DNA of 29,588 nt from assembly GCA_964624365.1 (NCBI GenBank), contig CAZUYZ010000049.1, forward strand, positions 1 to 29,588, read 5' to 3'. The notes under the pieces are model-generated. The model saw only the letters and a list, made by a program, of their open reading frames with translations, was not told where the DNA came from and ran no database searches. This DNA is from an uncultured Puniceicoccaceae bacterium (GTDB taxonomy: Bacteria; Verrucomicrobiota; Verrucomicrobiia; Opitutales; Coraliomargaritaceae). Below, in pieces: positions 9,742 to 19,480 of this stretch. Position 1 is the first letter of the stretch; every line of letters begins with the position of its first letter. A program made the position numbers and the translations under genes.

Positions 9742-10827
9742 ATGTCATCAGCTTTAAATAAGCTTCCGGCCACGCTTATATCCGGCCAGCCCTGGTCTGC
9801 GCTCGCGCCCATGCAGGACGTGACTATCTTGCCTTTTATGCAATTGCTCGGCAAATATGGCCCTCCCGATTTACTGTTTACCGAATTCTTTCGCGTCCAT
9901 GGGCATTCAGCTCTGGATCAGCCAATGATCGACTCTATTTGTGAGCATAAAACCGGACGCCCTGTATTTATACAACTGATCGGCGAAAATCCTCCTGACT
10001 TGGAACGGACGGTAAAAGAAATAGAAAAGAGGCAACTACCTGTGGCGGGTATCGATTTGAACATGGGTTGCCCGGCCCCAAAGGTATACAAAAAAAATGT
10101 TGGCGGCGGATTGCTGCGTGAGCCAAAAAAAGTCGATGTGGTGCTTGGTTGTCTGCGTGCGGCAGTTAATGGGCGATTTTCTGTGAAGATGCGCATCGGC
10201 TTCGATAGCGATGAGCACTTTGATGCATTACTCGATTTGATGGAGAAACATCGGATTGATCTTTTTAGTCTTCACGCGCGAACCGTAAAAGAAGGTTATC
10301 GCGGCGATGTTCACTACGAGTATATCCGACGCGCTGCGGACCGCCTTTTATGTCCGGTACTGGCAAACGGGAATATTACGTCCGTCAAAAAGGCGCGGAA
10401 GGTACTCAACGAAACGGGTAGCGCTGGTGTTATGATTGGCCGTTCCTGCATTCGTAATCCCTGGATTTTTCGTCAATTGCGCGAGCATTTTTCCGGAATA
10501 GATGTGTTTCAACCCAAACTCGGCGATGTGCGCGGGTACATTGAAGATCTTTTTCAGGCAACAAAAGAGGAAGGCCGTCCGGAATCGAACCATATCAATC
10601 AGATGAAAAAGTTTCTAAACTTTGTTGGACTTGGGGTGGATGTCGACGGGAAATTTCTTCACGAGATGCGTCGAACCCGAACCAAGGATGAACTTGATCG
10701 CGTCTGCGACCATCATCTTTCTGACAATGGCCGGAGTGAAATACACTTTCCGGATGAACCAATTAAAGGGCTTGTGGCCCGGCCAAATTGCGAAGGGCCG
10801 CAGACGTGTTCAGCTTCACCCTGTTAA
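9742..10827 (+). CDS. tRNA-dihydrouridine synthase, DusC-like
   Basis: Dus-family motifs ALAPM..TEFFRV, NMGCP, KMRIGFD, HART, ANGNI and IGRSCIRNPWIF. The start is placed at the Met of MSSALNKL, just upstream of LAPM; the track start at 9640 adds 34 non-conserved residues. Confidence 0.8.
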   Translation: MSSALNKLPATLISGQPWSALAPMQDVTILPFMQLLGKYGPPDLLFTEFFRVHGHSALDQPMIDSICEHKTGRPVFIQLIGENPPDLERTVKEIEKRQLPVAGIDLNMGCPAPKVYKKNVGGGLLREPKKVDVVLGCLRAAVNGRFSVKMRIGFDSDEHFDALLDLMEKHRIDLFSLHARTVKEGYRGDVHYEYIRRAADRLLCPVLANGNITSVKKARKVLNETGSAGVMIGRSCIRNPWIFRQLREHFSGIDVFQPKLGDVRGYIEDLFQATKEEGRPESNHINQMKKFLNFVGLGVDVDGKFLHEMRRTRTKDELDRVCDHHLSDNGRSEIHFPDEPIKGLVARPNCEGPQTCSASPC

Positions 10828-10917
10828 TCCTGGATGTGTGAATTGGGCCCGCTAAGTTGCCCTAAACAAGGCCCAAAGATTCTGAATCTGAGCTTGGAAA
10901 ATGTCCTTCAAGTCTGA

Positions 10918-11670
10918 CTAAAACTCACAATCTTGCCTGCTTTGGCGCCGCCAGAAATCAAACTTCGACGCCAATGCCGCAGTTGCTGCAACGCATGCGG
11001 TTGCAGTACGCATTACATGTGGTCCCATATGAGCAAGTAGCCATTCGTTTTTCCGAAAAACCACTCGCTCATCGGCAGACCAGCCACGCTCGGGACCAAT
11101 TGCAATAGTAACCGCGTCATATTCGCCGAGTGAAATAGCGTTAAGCGAGTCACTTGCCTCGTAATTGTCCAAGGCGATTTTTATAGATGATCCGGTCTGT
11201 GCTTCCATCGCAGACTGCATGTCCGAATATCGTTCAACTTGAGGCAAATGAGTGCCAAACGCCTGCTCAGTACCACGTAAGGTGCGATCGCGCCACTCAT
11301 CGGTCTGCCATAAGCGGCTTTTTGCGTACGATGGCTCGCTTTTTTCTGCCTGAAAAAAATGCAGCGAGCTTACTCCCAGACTTGCAGCTTCAAATAAAAT
11401 ATGCCGCGCTGCATGCGGACGCGGCAAACCGATCAATAGGTGGATTGGCAACAATTCAGGAGCTGGTTCGGTAGAAATTACCTTCAATTCGTAGGCGCCC
11501 TCCGGACTTACGGCAACCACTTCTGTGTGCGCTCTAAGGCTATTGACAAAGCCGACGTAGACCAGGCTCCCTACCCGTGCATGCAGAACTTTGCGCAAAT
11601 GTAGTGCTCGTTTATCACGTGCATGCAGTTGCACCGACTCGAAGGGCTTCTCAAAAAGAATAAGGTTCAT
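10918..11670 (-). CDS. rsmE: 16S rRNA (uracil1498-N3)-methyltransferase
   Basis: IGPERGWSADE and the C-terminal RTATA motifs are RsmE signatures. The start is trimmed to the Met of MNLILFEKPF...HLRKVL, matching the RsmE N-terminus. The track start at 11814 would overlap the helicase gene by 77 bp. Confidence 0.8.
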   Translation of the reverse strand: MNLILFEKPFESVQLHARDKRALHLRKVLHARVGSLVYVGFVNSLRAHTEVVAVSPEGAYELKVISTEPAPELLPIHLLIGLPRPHAARHILFEAASLGVSSLHFFQAEKSEPSYAKSRLWQTDEWRDRTLRGTEQAFGTHLPQVERYSDMQSAMEAQTGSSIKIALDNYEASDSLNAISLGEYDAVTIAIGPERGWSADERVVFRKNEWLLAHMGPHVMRTATACVAATAALASKFDFWRRQSRQDCEF

Positions 11671-11737
11671 TGCTCGGGTTTTAACGTAGTAAGCTGCAAC
11701 AACCGATACGCTAGCATCAATCGTTAAGCATTTACAG

Positions 11738-12955
11738 CTATCTTCCGCGACGACCAAATCGACTGGATCCGGAATTGCGCCTCCGACGTTTGGGCGCTGA
11801 AGATGTTTCACCACGGATTATTGGTTCCTGAAAATAGTTGAACCCCTCTAACTTGCGCTGTGGGATCAGCTGATCGACAAAAGCCTCAATTGCATCAATT
11901 TTGGATTGTTCATCGGGGGCAAGCAGTGTCGCGGCGTCTCCTTCTTGTCGGGCTCGACCGGTTCGGCCGATGCGATGCACGTAGTCCTCCGGATGTTCAG
12001 GTACATCATAGTTAATAACATGCGTCACATTTGCAATATCCAGACCGCGCGAGGCAATGTCGGTCGCAACGAGAATCTTTATAGCACCTTTCTTGAACTG
12101 TTCGAGCGCACTGGTCCGCTTCTTCTGCGGCAAATCAGAGTGCATCGCCACACAGGGATATTCATGCTCTTTCAACCACCTGACAATGCGATCAACACCA
12201 CTTTTCATTCGACAAAAGATAATCATGCTGTCGACTTCCTGGCTCTCAATTAATGCCATTAATAGATCAAATTTTTGCAAAGCGCCGACTGGATAAACTT
12301 CATGTCGAACCGTATCCGCTGGCGAAAGTTCTATGCCGATCGCTACTTCAACGGGATCTTTTAGACTCTTTGCGATCAAACGTTTGATCGCTTCTGATAC
12401 AGTTGCCGAAAATAGCAAGGTCTGACGATCTGCGCTACACAATGCTATAATTTGCAATACGTCATCAATAAAGCCCAAATCGAGCATACGATCAACTTCA
12501 TCCAAGACCAACATTTCAACTGAGCGAAGATCGACGGTGCCTCTTCCAATATGATCCAAAAGTCTTCCGGGAGTTGCGACTACCACATCTGCACCTTTTT
12601 CCAGCTCTTTGGTCTGTTGCCCGTATCCAACTCCGCCGTGAACCAGAGAATACTTTAATTTACAGTGTTTGCCAAAGGACTCAAATTGATCGTAAACCTG
12701 CGCAGCCAGTTCACGCGTTGGCCCTAGTACTAGGCAACGTGGCTTTTTACCTTTTTTTGAGGCATTCAGACGTTGCAAGACCGGCAGCGCGAAAGCAGCC
12801 GTCTTGCCGGTGCCAGTTTGCGCCGAACCAATTACATCTCTTCCCTCGAGAATGTTTGGAATTGCCCCCGCTTGGATCGGGGTCGCTTCTGTGAAGCCAA
12901 GTTCTTTAATTGACTTAAGTATGGACTTGTCGAGTCCAAGTTCGTGAAATGTCAT
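11738..12955 (-). CDS. ATP-dependent DEAD-box RNA helicase (RhlE/DeaD family) with Arg-rich C-tail
   Basis: Q-motif (F..LGL...IQ), AQTGTGKT, PTRELA, DEAD box (VLDEVD), SAT, HRIGRTGR, and a terminal RRRRNSGSSRFGRRGR tail. The start is trimmed to MTFHELGL; the track's 26-aa extension is a basic AT-rich artefact. Confidence 0.85.
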   Translation of the reverse strand: MTFHELGLDKSILKSIKELGFTEATPIQAGAIPNILEGRDVIGSAQTGTGKTAAFALPVLQRLNASKKGKKPRCLVLGPTRELAAQVYDQFESFGKHCKLKYSLVHGGVGYGQQTKELEKGADVVVATPGRLLDHIGRGTVDLRSVEMLVLDEVDRMLDLGFIDDVLQIIALCSADRQTLLFSATVSEAIKRLIAKSLKDPVEVAIGIELSPADTVRHEVYPVGALQKFDLLMALIESQEVDSMIIFCRMKSGVDRIVRWLKEHEYPCVAMHSDLPQKKRTSALEQFKKGAIKILVATDIASRGLDIANVTHVINYDVPEHPEDYVHRIGRTGRARQEGDAATLLAPDEQSKIDAIEAFVDQLIPQRKLEGFNYFQEPIIRGETSSAPKRRRRNSGSSRFGRRGR

Positions 12956-13012
12956 CCTAATATTTTTCTTGAATTTGTATTTTATATTTAACCGCTTAGT
13001 TATCTTAAGCTT

Positions 13013-13735
13013 GTGAGCACAAAACAAACACAAACTGCCCTAATTGCGATATCTTTAATCTTAGCCCTAATCGTAAGTCTTTCATTTAGCGGATGTACAA
13101 CCGTATCCAAGGCGGATTGTATCGCAATGGACTGGTTTGAACTAGGCCGCACCGATGGCATGCTCGGGAGACCACGTTCGACTTTTCAGGAACGGGCTAA
13201 ACCGTGCCTCAAACATGGCATCACCCCGGACCGTTCGAGTTACTACAGAGGGCATGATGAAGGTCTGGCTATCTACTGTACCGAAGAGCAAGGTTTTGAC
13301 TTGGGAAAAAAAGGACAATCGTACTCTCCGATTTGCCCGGAAGCGAGCGGCTTCAGAATTGGTTACGATAAGGGCCTCCAATTTTATTGCACAGAAGAAA
13401 ATGGCTATTTGGCAGGAGTTAATGGCCAAGACTACAATTTCGTATGTCCGCCTCAATTTGAGGCGGACTTCCTGAAAGGATACGAAAGAGGACGCCAATT
13501 ACTGGAGTACAAAAACCAAGTTCGGAATCTGGAGAACCGCCTGAATTATATTGAAATGCAAATAAGAAATAAGGAAGGTTTCTACCGGCGTGATCTTTCC
13601 GACGAGCAAGCAATGAATTTGCGCTCAGAGTTGAGGATGCTCGACCTTGAATACCGAGAAGTCAGTCGAGAACTCAGATATGCGACCCAGGAGCTGGAAG
13701 CCTATGAGGATTCCATTGGGGTGAAGAGATTTTAA
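13013..13735 (+). CDS. Lipoprotein with three Cys-containing Gly/aromatic repeats and a C-terminal coiled coil (possibly DUF2799-like; unknown function)
   Basis: Lipobox LSFSGC after a hydrophobic signal. Repeats of the form C-x3-6-G[FY]-x-x-G-x-x-G-x-Y-x-x-x-C (ADCIAMDWFELGRTDG / YCTEEQGFDLGKKGQ / YCTEENGYLAGVNGQ) interleaved with GY[DE]xG. The last ~80 aa are heptad-like, charged (LENRLNYIEMQIRNKE...). Confidence 0.55.
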   Translation: MSTKQTQTALIAISLILALIVSLSFSGCTTVSKADCIAMDWFELGRTDGMLGRPRSTFQERAKPCLKHGITPDRSSYYRGHDEGLAIYCTEEQGFDLGKKGQSYSPICPEASGFRIGYDKGLQFYCTEENGYLAGVNGQDYNFVCPPQFEADFLKGYERGRQLLEYKNQVRNLENRLNYIEMQIRNKEGFYRRDLSDEQAMNLRSELRMLDLEYREVSRELRYATQELEAYEDSIGVKRF

Positions 13736-15948
13736 GAACCTGTTTTCTGAAAACGAAAAACGCACATCGACATCGGTGGAAGTGTTAGTTCAATGGAAAA
13801 CGGGCGCTCATCCCGGGCTATCTTGTCCGTATAGATGCCACCGCTGTTGCCGTACCCTGAACCTCCGTAGACCACAGCATCGGTATTGATAACTTCCAGC
13901 CAGTAGCCTTCATACGGAACTCCTATCCGAAACTCTTCGCGAAGTTCGGAAGTGAAATTGCCAACCACCGCAAACGTATCGGTTTCTTTGTTTCCCTTAC
14001 GTAAAAAAGCCAGAATACACTCGTCTGAACGATTGTGGCTGATCCATTCGAAACCTTCCAGACAAAGATCACCGGAAGACAGCGCATCGACTTTCTTATA
14101 AAGACAGTTGAGATCGCGAACGATATTCTGAATGCCCTCATGATCAACGTATTGAAGTAAGTGCCAGTCCAGACTTCGATAATGGCACCATTCAGCAGAC
14201 TGGCCAAAGTCGCTACCCATAAAAAGCGTCTTTTTTCCAGGCCACAACCACATAAAAGCAAACAGCAATCGCAACTGTTGCGCCTTATCAGAGATATGCT
14301 GTCCGTGCATTTTTGTCAGCAGGGAGCCTTTGCCATGCACCACCTCGTCATGCGAAAAAACCTGGATAAAGTTTTCCGTATACTGATACAACATTCCGAA
14401 GGTAAGCTTACTATGCACATCTTTTCTGAACCGCGGATCCTTTTGAAAATAGTTCAGAATATCATGCATCCACCCCATATTCCATTTTAGATCGAAGCCC
14501 ATTCCGCCATCAGAGAGCGCTTTGGTAATGCCAGGGAAAGTAGTCGACTCTTCGGCGATCATCAAAGCGCCTGGATAGTATCTGTGGACAAGTTCATTGG
14601 TTCGCCGTAGAAACTCAATCGCTTCAATATTTTCCCTGCCGCCGTATTGGTTCGGGATCCATTGTCCCTCCTCTCTCGAATAATCCAAGTAAAGCATCGA
14701 AGCAACAGCATCGACACGTAAGCCGTCGATATGATAACGATCAAACCACGCCAAAGCGCTTGCGGTTAAGAAGGCACATACTTCCCCCCGGCCATAGTTG
14801 AAGATATAAGTCCCCCAATCTTGATGGAATCCTCTGCGAGGGTCTTCATATTCATATAGATACGTACCATCAAACTGCCCGAGTGCAAAACTATCTGCTG
14901 GAAAGTGCGCAGGGACCCAGTCTAAAATCACGCCAAAGCCATTCTGGTGCAATGTATCTACCAGATACATAAAATCTTTCGGCGAGCCAAAACGATGCGT
15001 AGGCGCAAAAAAACCAGTTACTTGATATCCCCAGGAACCCTCAAAAGGATGTTCTGCCAATGGCATGAATTGCACATGCGTATAGTGCATATCCTTTAAA
15101 TAATCAACTAGTTCAACCGCCAGCTCACGATACGAAAGCGGACGATTTGCATCCTCCACAACTCGTTTCCAAGAACCAATATGCACCTCATAGATTGATA
15201 TGGGCGCTACTGACCAATTCGTCAACTCACGTCGCTTGATCCAGTCGGCATCATTCCACTCATAGGTATCTGTTGTATAGACAATGGATGCGTTATTTGG
15301 AGGCGATTCAAAGCGTGTGGCGTAAGGGTCTGTTTTCAAAAATGGGTAACCTCGGCCAGTACCGATCTCGAACTTGTAGTTTGCGCCCGCTTCCAATCCT
15401 GGAACAAAAAGTTCCCAAATACCCGAAGTCCCGAGACTGCGCATGGGGTGGTAACGCCCATTCCAGTGATTAAAATCACCAACCACCGAGACTCGTGCAG
15501 CATTCGGCGCCCACACTGCGAAAGAGACCCCAACAATACCACTCAATTTTCGCACATGAGCCCCCATAACTTTATAGGCATGATTAAGATTACCTTCATT
15601 GAATAGGTAGATATCTTCCCCAGAAATGCTCTGGGGAAAGCTGTACGGATCATAGAATTCACGTACTTCGTCATTATAACGCTCAACCCGCAAACGATAA
15701 TCAAAAGCTGTCTTTCTGCGCATAAATCCCTCAAAAAAACCATCCTCCGTCAGACGTTTCAGAGTGTAAAGCTTACCTTTCGGCTTTGAAATATCGATAA
15801 CTGCACAGGAGCGTGCATCATCCAAATAGGCCCGAACCACCAGGCCCTGATTCCCACTTATTGTCTGGGGATGCATCCCCAGAATCGCATGTGGCTGCCT
15901 CGATGCAACCTGAGTAATCGATTCCAGGTCGTTTTTTGATGTAATCAC
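13732..15948 (-). CDS. glgB: 1,4-alpha-glucan branching enzyme
   Basis: 738 aa. GH13 catalytic core (DWVPAHF, GFRVDAV, EESTTFPG, FSHDEV) with N-terminal CBM48. Uses a GTG start and overlaps the lipoprotein 3' end by 4 bp. Confidence 0.9.
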   Translation of the reverse strand: MITSKNDLESITQVASRQPHAILGMHPQTISGNQGLVVRAYLDDARSCAVIDISKPKGKLYTLKRLTEDGFFEGFMRRKTAFDYRLRVERYNDEVREFYDPYSFPQSISGEDIYLFNEGNLNHAYKVMGAHVRKLSGIVGVSFAVWAPNAARVSVVGDFNHWNGRYHPMRSLGTSGIWELFVPGLEAGANYKFEIGTGRGYPFLKTDPYATRFESPPNNASIVYTTDTYEWNDADWIKRRELTNWSVAPISIYEVHIGSWKRVVEDANRPLSYRELAVELVDYLKDMHYTHVQFMPLAEHPFEGSWGYQVTGFFAPTHRFGSPKDFMYLVDTLHQNGFGVILDWVPAHFPADSFALGQFDGTYLYEYEDPRRGFHQDWGTYIFNYGRGEVCAFLTASALAWFDRYHIDGLRVDAVASMLYLDYSREEGQWIPNQYGGRENIEAIEFLRRTNELVHRYYPGALMIAEESTTFPGITKALSDGGMGFDLKWNMGWMHDILNYFQKDPRFRKDVHSKLTFGMLYQYTENFIQVFSHDEVVHGKGSLLTKMHGQHISDKAQQLRLLFAFMWLWPGKKTLFMGSDFGQSAEWCHYRSLDWHLLQYVDHEGIQNIVRDLNCLYKKVDALSSGDLCLEGFEWISHNRSDECILAFLRKGNKETDTFAVVGNFTSELREEFRIGVPYEGYWLEVINTDAVVYGGSGYGNSGGIYTDKIARDERPFSIELTLPPMSMCVFRFQKTGS

Positions 15949-16026
15949 AGAACCAGCAAGACAGCGGAAATTTTAATTTGCAAGTTTCACCCAATAGAGC
16001 GGATCCGTAATTTTTTCTGTCATAAT

Positions 16027-16935
16027 CTATTTATGTATGCGCTGCAGGCCGACAACAGAGATGATTACCAAAAGCCCGCCAACAAAAATACCCGCCCCCG
16101 GAGACTCTCCGGCGACAAAGAGTGAGGACTCAGTCACTGCGCAGATCGGAATCAAAAAGCGATAACCAGCCAATAGATTAACCGGGAATAAGGTCGTTAG
16201 ATAATTCCAAATACCGAAACCGGCTGCTGACACAATTGTAAGATAAGCCGTTAGTAAAACAACCTTGGGTGTAAAAAGCATTGGAAAATCCAGCCATGCA
16301 GGAATCCCTGCCAGACATAGCAAAAGTCCACCGATAAAGAGACTAAATCCAGTTGCCGCGCGTGAACTCATTGTCGGGATGACTCCTTGCAATATGATGA
16401 CAGCAAGCGTTCCACTAAGCGAAGCAATCACGAAAAGCGTTGCGCCCAGCACTGGGTCACCACTCCCTGCTCCAGGCTTGTAAACCGCAATTAACACACC
16501 GATAACCCCTAAAATAAGTAAAACACATTGATGCCGATTCGGCCAAGCCGTTTTGAGCAAAAGAGGAGCCAAAACAATCCACCAAAGACTTCCAGTCGCA
16601 GTCAGTATTCCACCCAGTGTGGCGCTGGAAACAGCGAGAGCAGTGTAGAAAATGAGATATTGAAAAAAGGTTTGTGTAAGGACAAAGCCAGCCACTCTTA
16701 ATTTAGGTGTGCGTTCCAACTCTTTCCATGGTTGCTTCGTCAGCAAAAGCAAAGCAAATCCAGCAATTGCAAAACGTACTCCGGCAACTAGAAGTCGATT
16801 GGAAAAGGTCACTTCGATACCATTGGCTTCCCAGTCCGCATAAATGCCTTTGATACCGGGAAAAGCGCTTCCCCAGAGTAAAGCGCATAAGAGAACTGCA
16901 AAAGGAAGCGAGTGTTTGGAAATAGTCACAAACAC
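16027..16935 (-). CDS. EamA/DMT-family transporter
   Basis: 302 aa with about 10 TM helices in two EamA-like halves. No catalytic motifs. Confidence 0.7.
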   Translation of the reverse strand: MFVTISKHSLPFAVLLCALLWGSAFPGIKGIYADWEANGIEVTFSNRLLVAGVRFAIAGFALLLLTKQPWKELERTPKLRVAGFVLTQTFFQYLIFYTALAVSSATLGGILTATGSLWWIVLAPLLLKTAWPNRHQCVLLILGVIGVLIAVYKPGAGSGDPVLGATLFVIASLSGTLAVIILQGVIPTMSSRAATGFSLFIGGLLLCLAGIPAWLDFPMLFTPKVVLLTAYLTIVSAAGFGIWNYLTTLFPVNLLAGYRFLIPICAVTESSLFVAGESPGAGIFVGGLLVIISVVGLQRIHK

Positions 16936-16980
16936 ATATTCATTATCCGTTTTTGAATAGCAAGTGACGACTTGAATTGA

Positions 16981-17002
16981 TCAAAAGCAGGCTTAACGCC
17001 TG
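16981..17002 (-). terminator. Weak candidate terminator after the yqiJ-yqiK operon
   Basis: The minus strand reads CAGGC-GTTAA-GCCTG followed by CTTTTGA. The stem is only 5 bp. Confidence 0.25.
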
Positions 17003-17102
17003 AAACTGCAAGATTATCAGGTTGTTTGAGATTGTGTTGAGTCGATAAATAGATCTTTTAGGAATTTCACAGAATAGAGTTCATTTTCAAAATCTCAAAT
17101 GC

Positions 17103-18647
17103 TCAGAGGTCGTGACCTTCTTCATTCGTATCTTGTTCGGGCTCTGGTTGCTCTGGTTTCGCATCCGACTCAGTTTCCGGTGAGGGCGTCTGATCCATTT
17201 TAGAATGGTCTGATAATTTACCCAGATACTCAGGCAGCTCGATTCCCGCACTTTTGGTAATTTCGTGCAGGGGTGGCAATGATCCGACGATTCCTGATAG
17301 GAAGTCGGCGGTGCTGCCTTTGCTGTCCTTATTGTTTTTTCCACCATCCCAGACTGTGATCTTATCAATTTTGAGGTTGGAAATTGCTCTGGCCTGTTCT
17401 TCAACCAGTTTAGGTAGTTGTTCGATCATCAGGAGCATCGAAGCAAGTTGTTTGTCATTACCGGCTGAGCGTACGATATCGCCAAAGCCTTTCGCTTTTT
17501 TAGTTAGCAACTGTTCAACCCCTTCCGCTTCAGCGAGTAAGTTCAGACGTGTTCCATCTGCTTTGGCTGTAAGCTCAAAACGAAGGCCGTCTGCTTCCGC
17601 TTGTTTGACTGCTTTCAGGCCATCCGCTTCGGCCTGTTTCTCAAGCCGCACTGCGTCCGCTTCACCCATTTGGACGCGACGCACCGATTCAGCGCGGGCG
17701 TCTGCATCGACAATTGCTTTTTCCTTGGCAATTTCAGCAGGTACGACGATGTTGGCCTGCTGTGTTGCCTTTTCGCGTTTGGCGCGCTCAACCTCAGAGG
17801 TTTGTTCCGCCGCATACGCTTCTTGAAGCGCTTGTGCAGCTTTAACTTTTTCAGCTGCTGAAGCCTCCCTTTCTGCCTCGGCTTCTTTTACTCGTCTATC
17901 TGCGTTTGAGTTGGCGATTTCAACGGTTGCCGTATTTTCACCTTCGGTGGCTTTAGCATTGGCATCGGCGACTTGTATGCGCTGATCACGCGAGGCTGCT
18001 GCTGCGCCAATGTCCCCGTCGCGTTCCGCTTCGGCTACCTTGATTTTGGCTTCTGCGATGGCCTTCGAGGCCGCTTCCTGACCCAGAGCGTCGATGTAGC
18101 CGGATTCATCAGTGATGTCCTGAACATTTACATTGATCAGGCGCAAGCCGACTTTCTTGAGTTCTACTTCGACACCGGTTGAGATATTGGCGATGAGTTT
18201 GTCACGATCAGCATTGATCTCCTCAATATCCATGGTGGCGATCACTACACGCATCTGACCAAAAATAATATCTTTTGCCAGTTCCTTTATTTCTGCAAGA
18301 CCGAGTCCCAGTAAGCGTTCGGCGGCATTTTCCATGACACCTGGTTCGGTCGATATACCGACTGTAAATGTGGAAGGTGTGTTGACGCGGATGTTCTGCT
18401 TGGAAAGCGCACCTTCGAGGCGGATATCAATGGGGAGTGGGGTAAGGTCGAGCCACTGATAGCTTTGAATGACCGGCCAGATGAATGATGCGCCACCATG
18501 AAGGCATTTTGCAGACTTTCCGTCTGCGACTTTACCGTATACGACCAGCAATCTATCCGAGGGGCATCTTTTATAACGGGTCGCAAATGACACCATGATT
18601 GCGACGAAGAAAAAGACCAGGAAAACAAGTAGAATGAGAAATTCCAT
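17103..18647 (-). CDS. yqiK: Flotillin-like SPFH/band-7 protein (YqiK family)
   Basis: 514 aa. N-terminal TM, SPFH domain, long Ala/Glu-rich coiled-coil (EA repeats: AEADGLKAVKQAEADGL) and an acidic tail. Confidence 0.85.
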   Translation of the reverse strand: MEFLILLVFLVFFFVAIMVSFATRYKRCPSDRLLVVYGKVADGKSAKCLHGGASFIWPVIQSYQWLDLTPLPIDIRLEGALSKQNIRVNTPSTFTVGISTEPGVMENAAERLLGLGLAEIKELAKDIIFGQMRVVIATMDIEEINADRDKLIANISTGVEVELKKVGLRLINVNVQDITDESGYIDALGQEAASKAIAEAKIKVAEAERDGDIGAAAASRDQRIQVADANAKATEGENTATVEIANSNADRRVKEAEAEREASAAEKVKAAQALQEAYAAEQTSEVERAKREKATQQANIVVPAEIAKEKAIVDADARAESVRRVQMGEADAVRLEKQAEADGLKAVKQAEADGLRFELTAKADGTRLNLLAEAEGVEQLLTKKAKGFGDIVRSAGNDKQLASMLLMIEQLPKLVEEQARAISNLKIDKITVWDGGKNNKDSKGSTADFLSGIVGSLPPLHEITKSAGIELPEYLGKLSDHSKMDQTPSPETESDAKPEQPEPEQDTNEEGHDL

Positions 18648-18698
18648 AATGGCGATATTTTGTTAAGATTGTTACTACTTTTGAATTATGAAAGTGAG

Positions 18699-19283
18699 TT
18701 AAAGAGCTTCAACGAGAAACGAAGATTGGCCATTAGTGTCAACAATGCGCACTCGTTGCCCTGGTTTCAAGGCACCTTCATTAACCTTGCGTGCGTTGGC
18801 GATAGTGAGACGGCCTTGAATCATAACTTGTACTTGTCCGCCGCCATCTTCGTTATTGCCAGGGATGGTTACATAGACGGTTGCTTCTTCCCCAATAGCA
18901 TTGCTGTAGTTTAGATTACCTTTGGATTGTAGCTTGAGCATCTTGCGGATCAGGTAGAACATGGCAAGCATCGCGCCAAATCCAAAGACAGCTGCAACTA
19001 AGGAGCTCACAAAAACGGATGCGCCCCCTTTGATTAAAGCTACGCCCATCCAGCCGAAAGCGAGGAAAAAAGCAGCCAATGTCTGTGAAGAAAAGAGTCC
19101 AATTCCAGTGGATTCAGGATATCCGTCGCCAAGGTCGACATCGAATCCACTATCGAGGCCATCTGTATCAAATCCTATGAGCGTCATCAGCATCTGAATG
19201 ACGACTACCGTTAGGGCAATAATACCAATCCCGTAGAAAAACTTCAACTCAAGGGGTAAACTGTTCCACCATTCAATCATCAA
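18699..19283 (-). CDS. yqiJ: NfeD-like membrane protein (YqiJ family), partner of flotillin
   Basis: 194 aa with three TM helices plus a C-terminal OB-fold-like beta domain. Its position immediately upstream of the flotillin gene matches the conserved yqiJ-yqiK operon. Confidence 0.7.
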   Translation of the reverse strand: MMIEWWNSLPLELKFFYGIGIIALTVVVIQMLMTLIGFDTDGLDSGFDVDLGDGYPESTGIGLFSSQTLAAFFLAFGWMGVALIKGGASVFVSSLVAAVFGFGAMLAMFYLIRKMLKLQSKGNLNYSNAIGEEATVYVTIPGNNEDGGGQVQVMIQGRLTIANARKVNEGALKPGQRVRIVDTNGQSSFLVEAL

Positions 19284-19430
19284 GTAAGTAACAATGTTCC
19301 TTTATTGTTTTTGGAAAAGCAAAAAATCCTGAATGAGAAAGATATTTACTGTGATGGCCAGAATGTGATCGGCGGTTTCCAGAGTGGCGTTATTGTTCAC
19401 ATACCCCAGAGGCAATGTGCCAAATTTTAT

Positions 19431-19465
19431 GACTCGAAAAAGATCATGGACCGGTTCTCAGGACT
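19431..19465 (+). repeat. Conserved intergenic ~30-nt motif, copy 1 (gaCTCGAAAAAGATCATGGACCGGTTCTCAGGA)
   Basis: Lies between the proA 3' end and the yqiJ upstream region. It shares about 25/30 nt with the copy at 21836-21867. Confidence 0.5.
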
Positions 19466-19480
19466 AGAAGCTCTCACTAA

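Noticed and set aside
10843-10900. Series of small hairpins (TTGGGCC...GGCCCAA, AGATTC-tga-GAATCT) between convergent dusC and rsmE
   Set aside because: The stems are short, the loops long and there are no T-runs. These are likely generic convergent-gene spacer structure, not a confident terminator or sRNA.
17254-17826. 190-aa Ala/Ser-rich ORF on the plus strand
   Set aside because: It lies entirely antisense inside the flotillin coiled-coil region. The GC-rich EA-repeat codons yield long open antisense frames by chance. There are no motifs or start context.
19404-19430. TGGCACATTGCC resembling a sigma-54 -24/-12 promoter upstream of yqiJ
   Set aside because: The GG-to-GC spacing is about 7 nt instead of the required 10-11 nt. 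There is no enhancer-binding-protein gene nearby.
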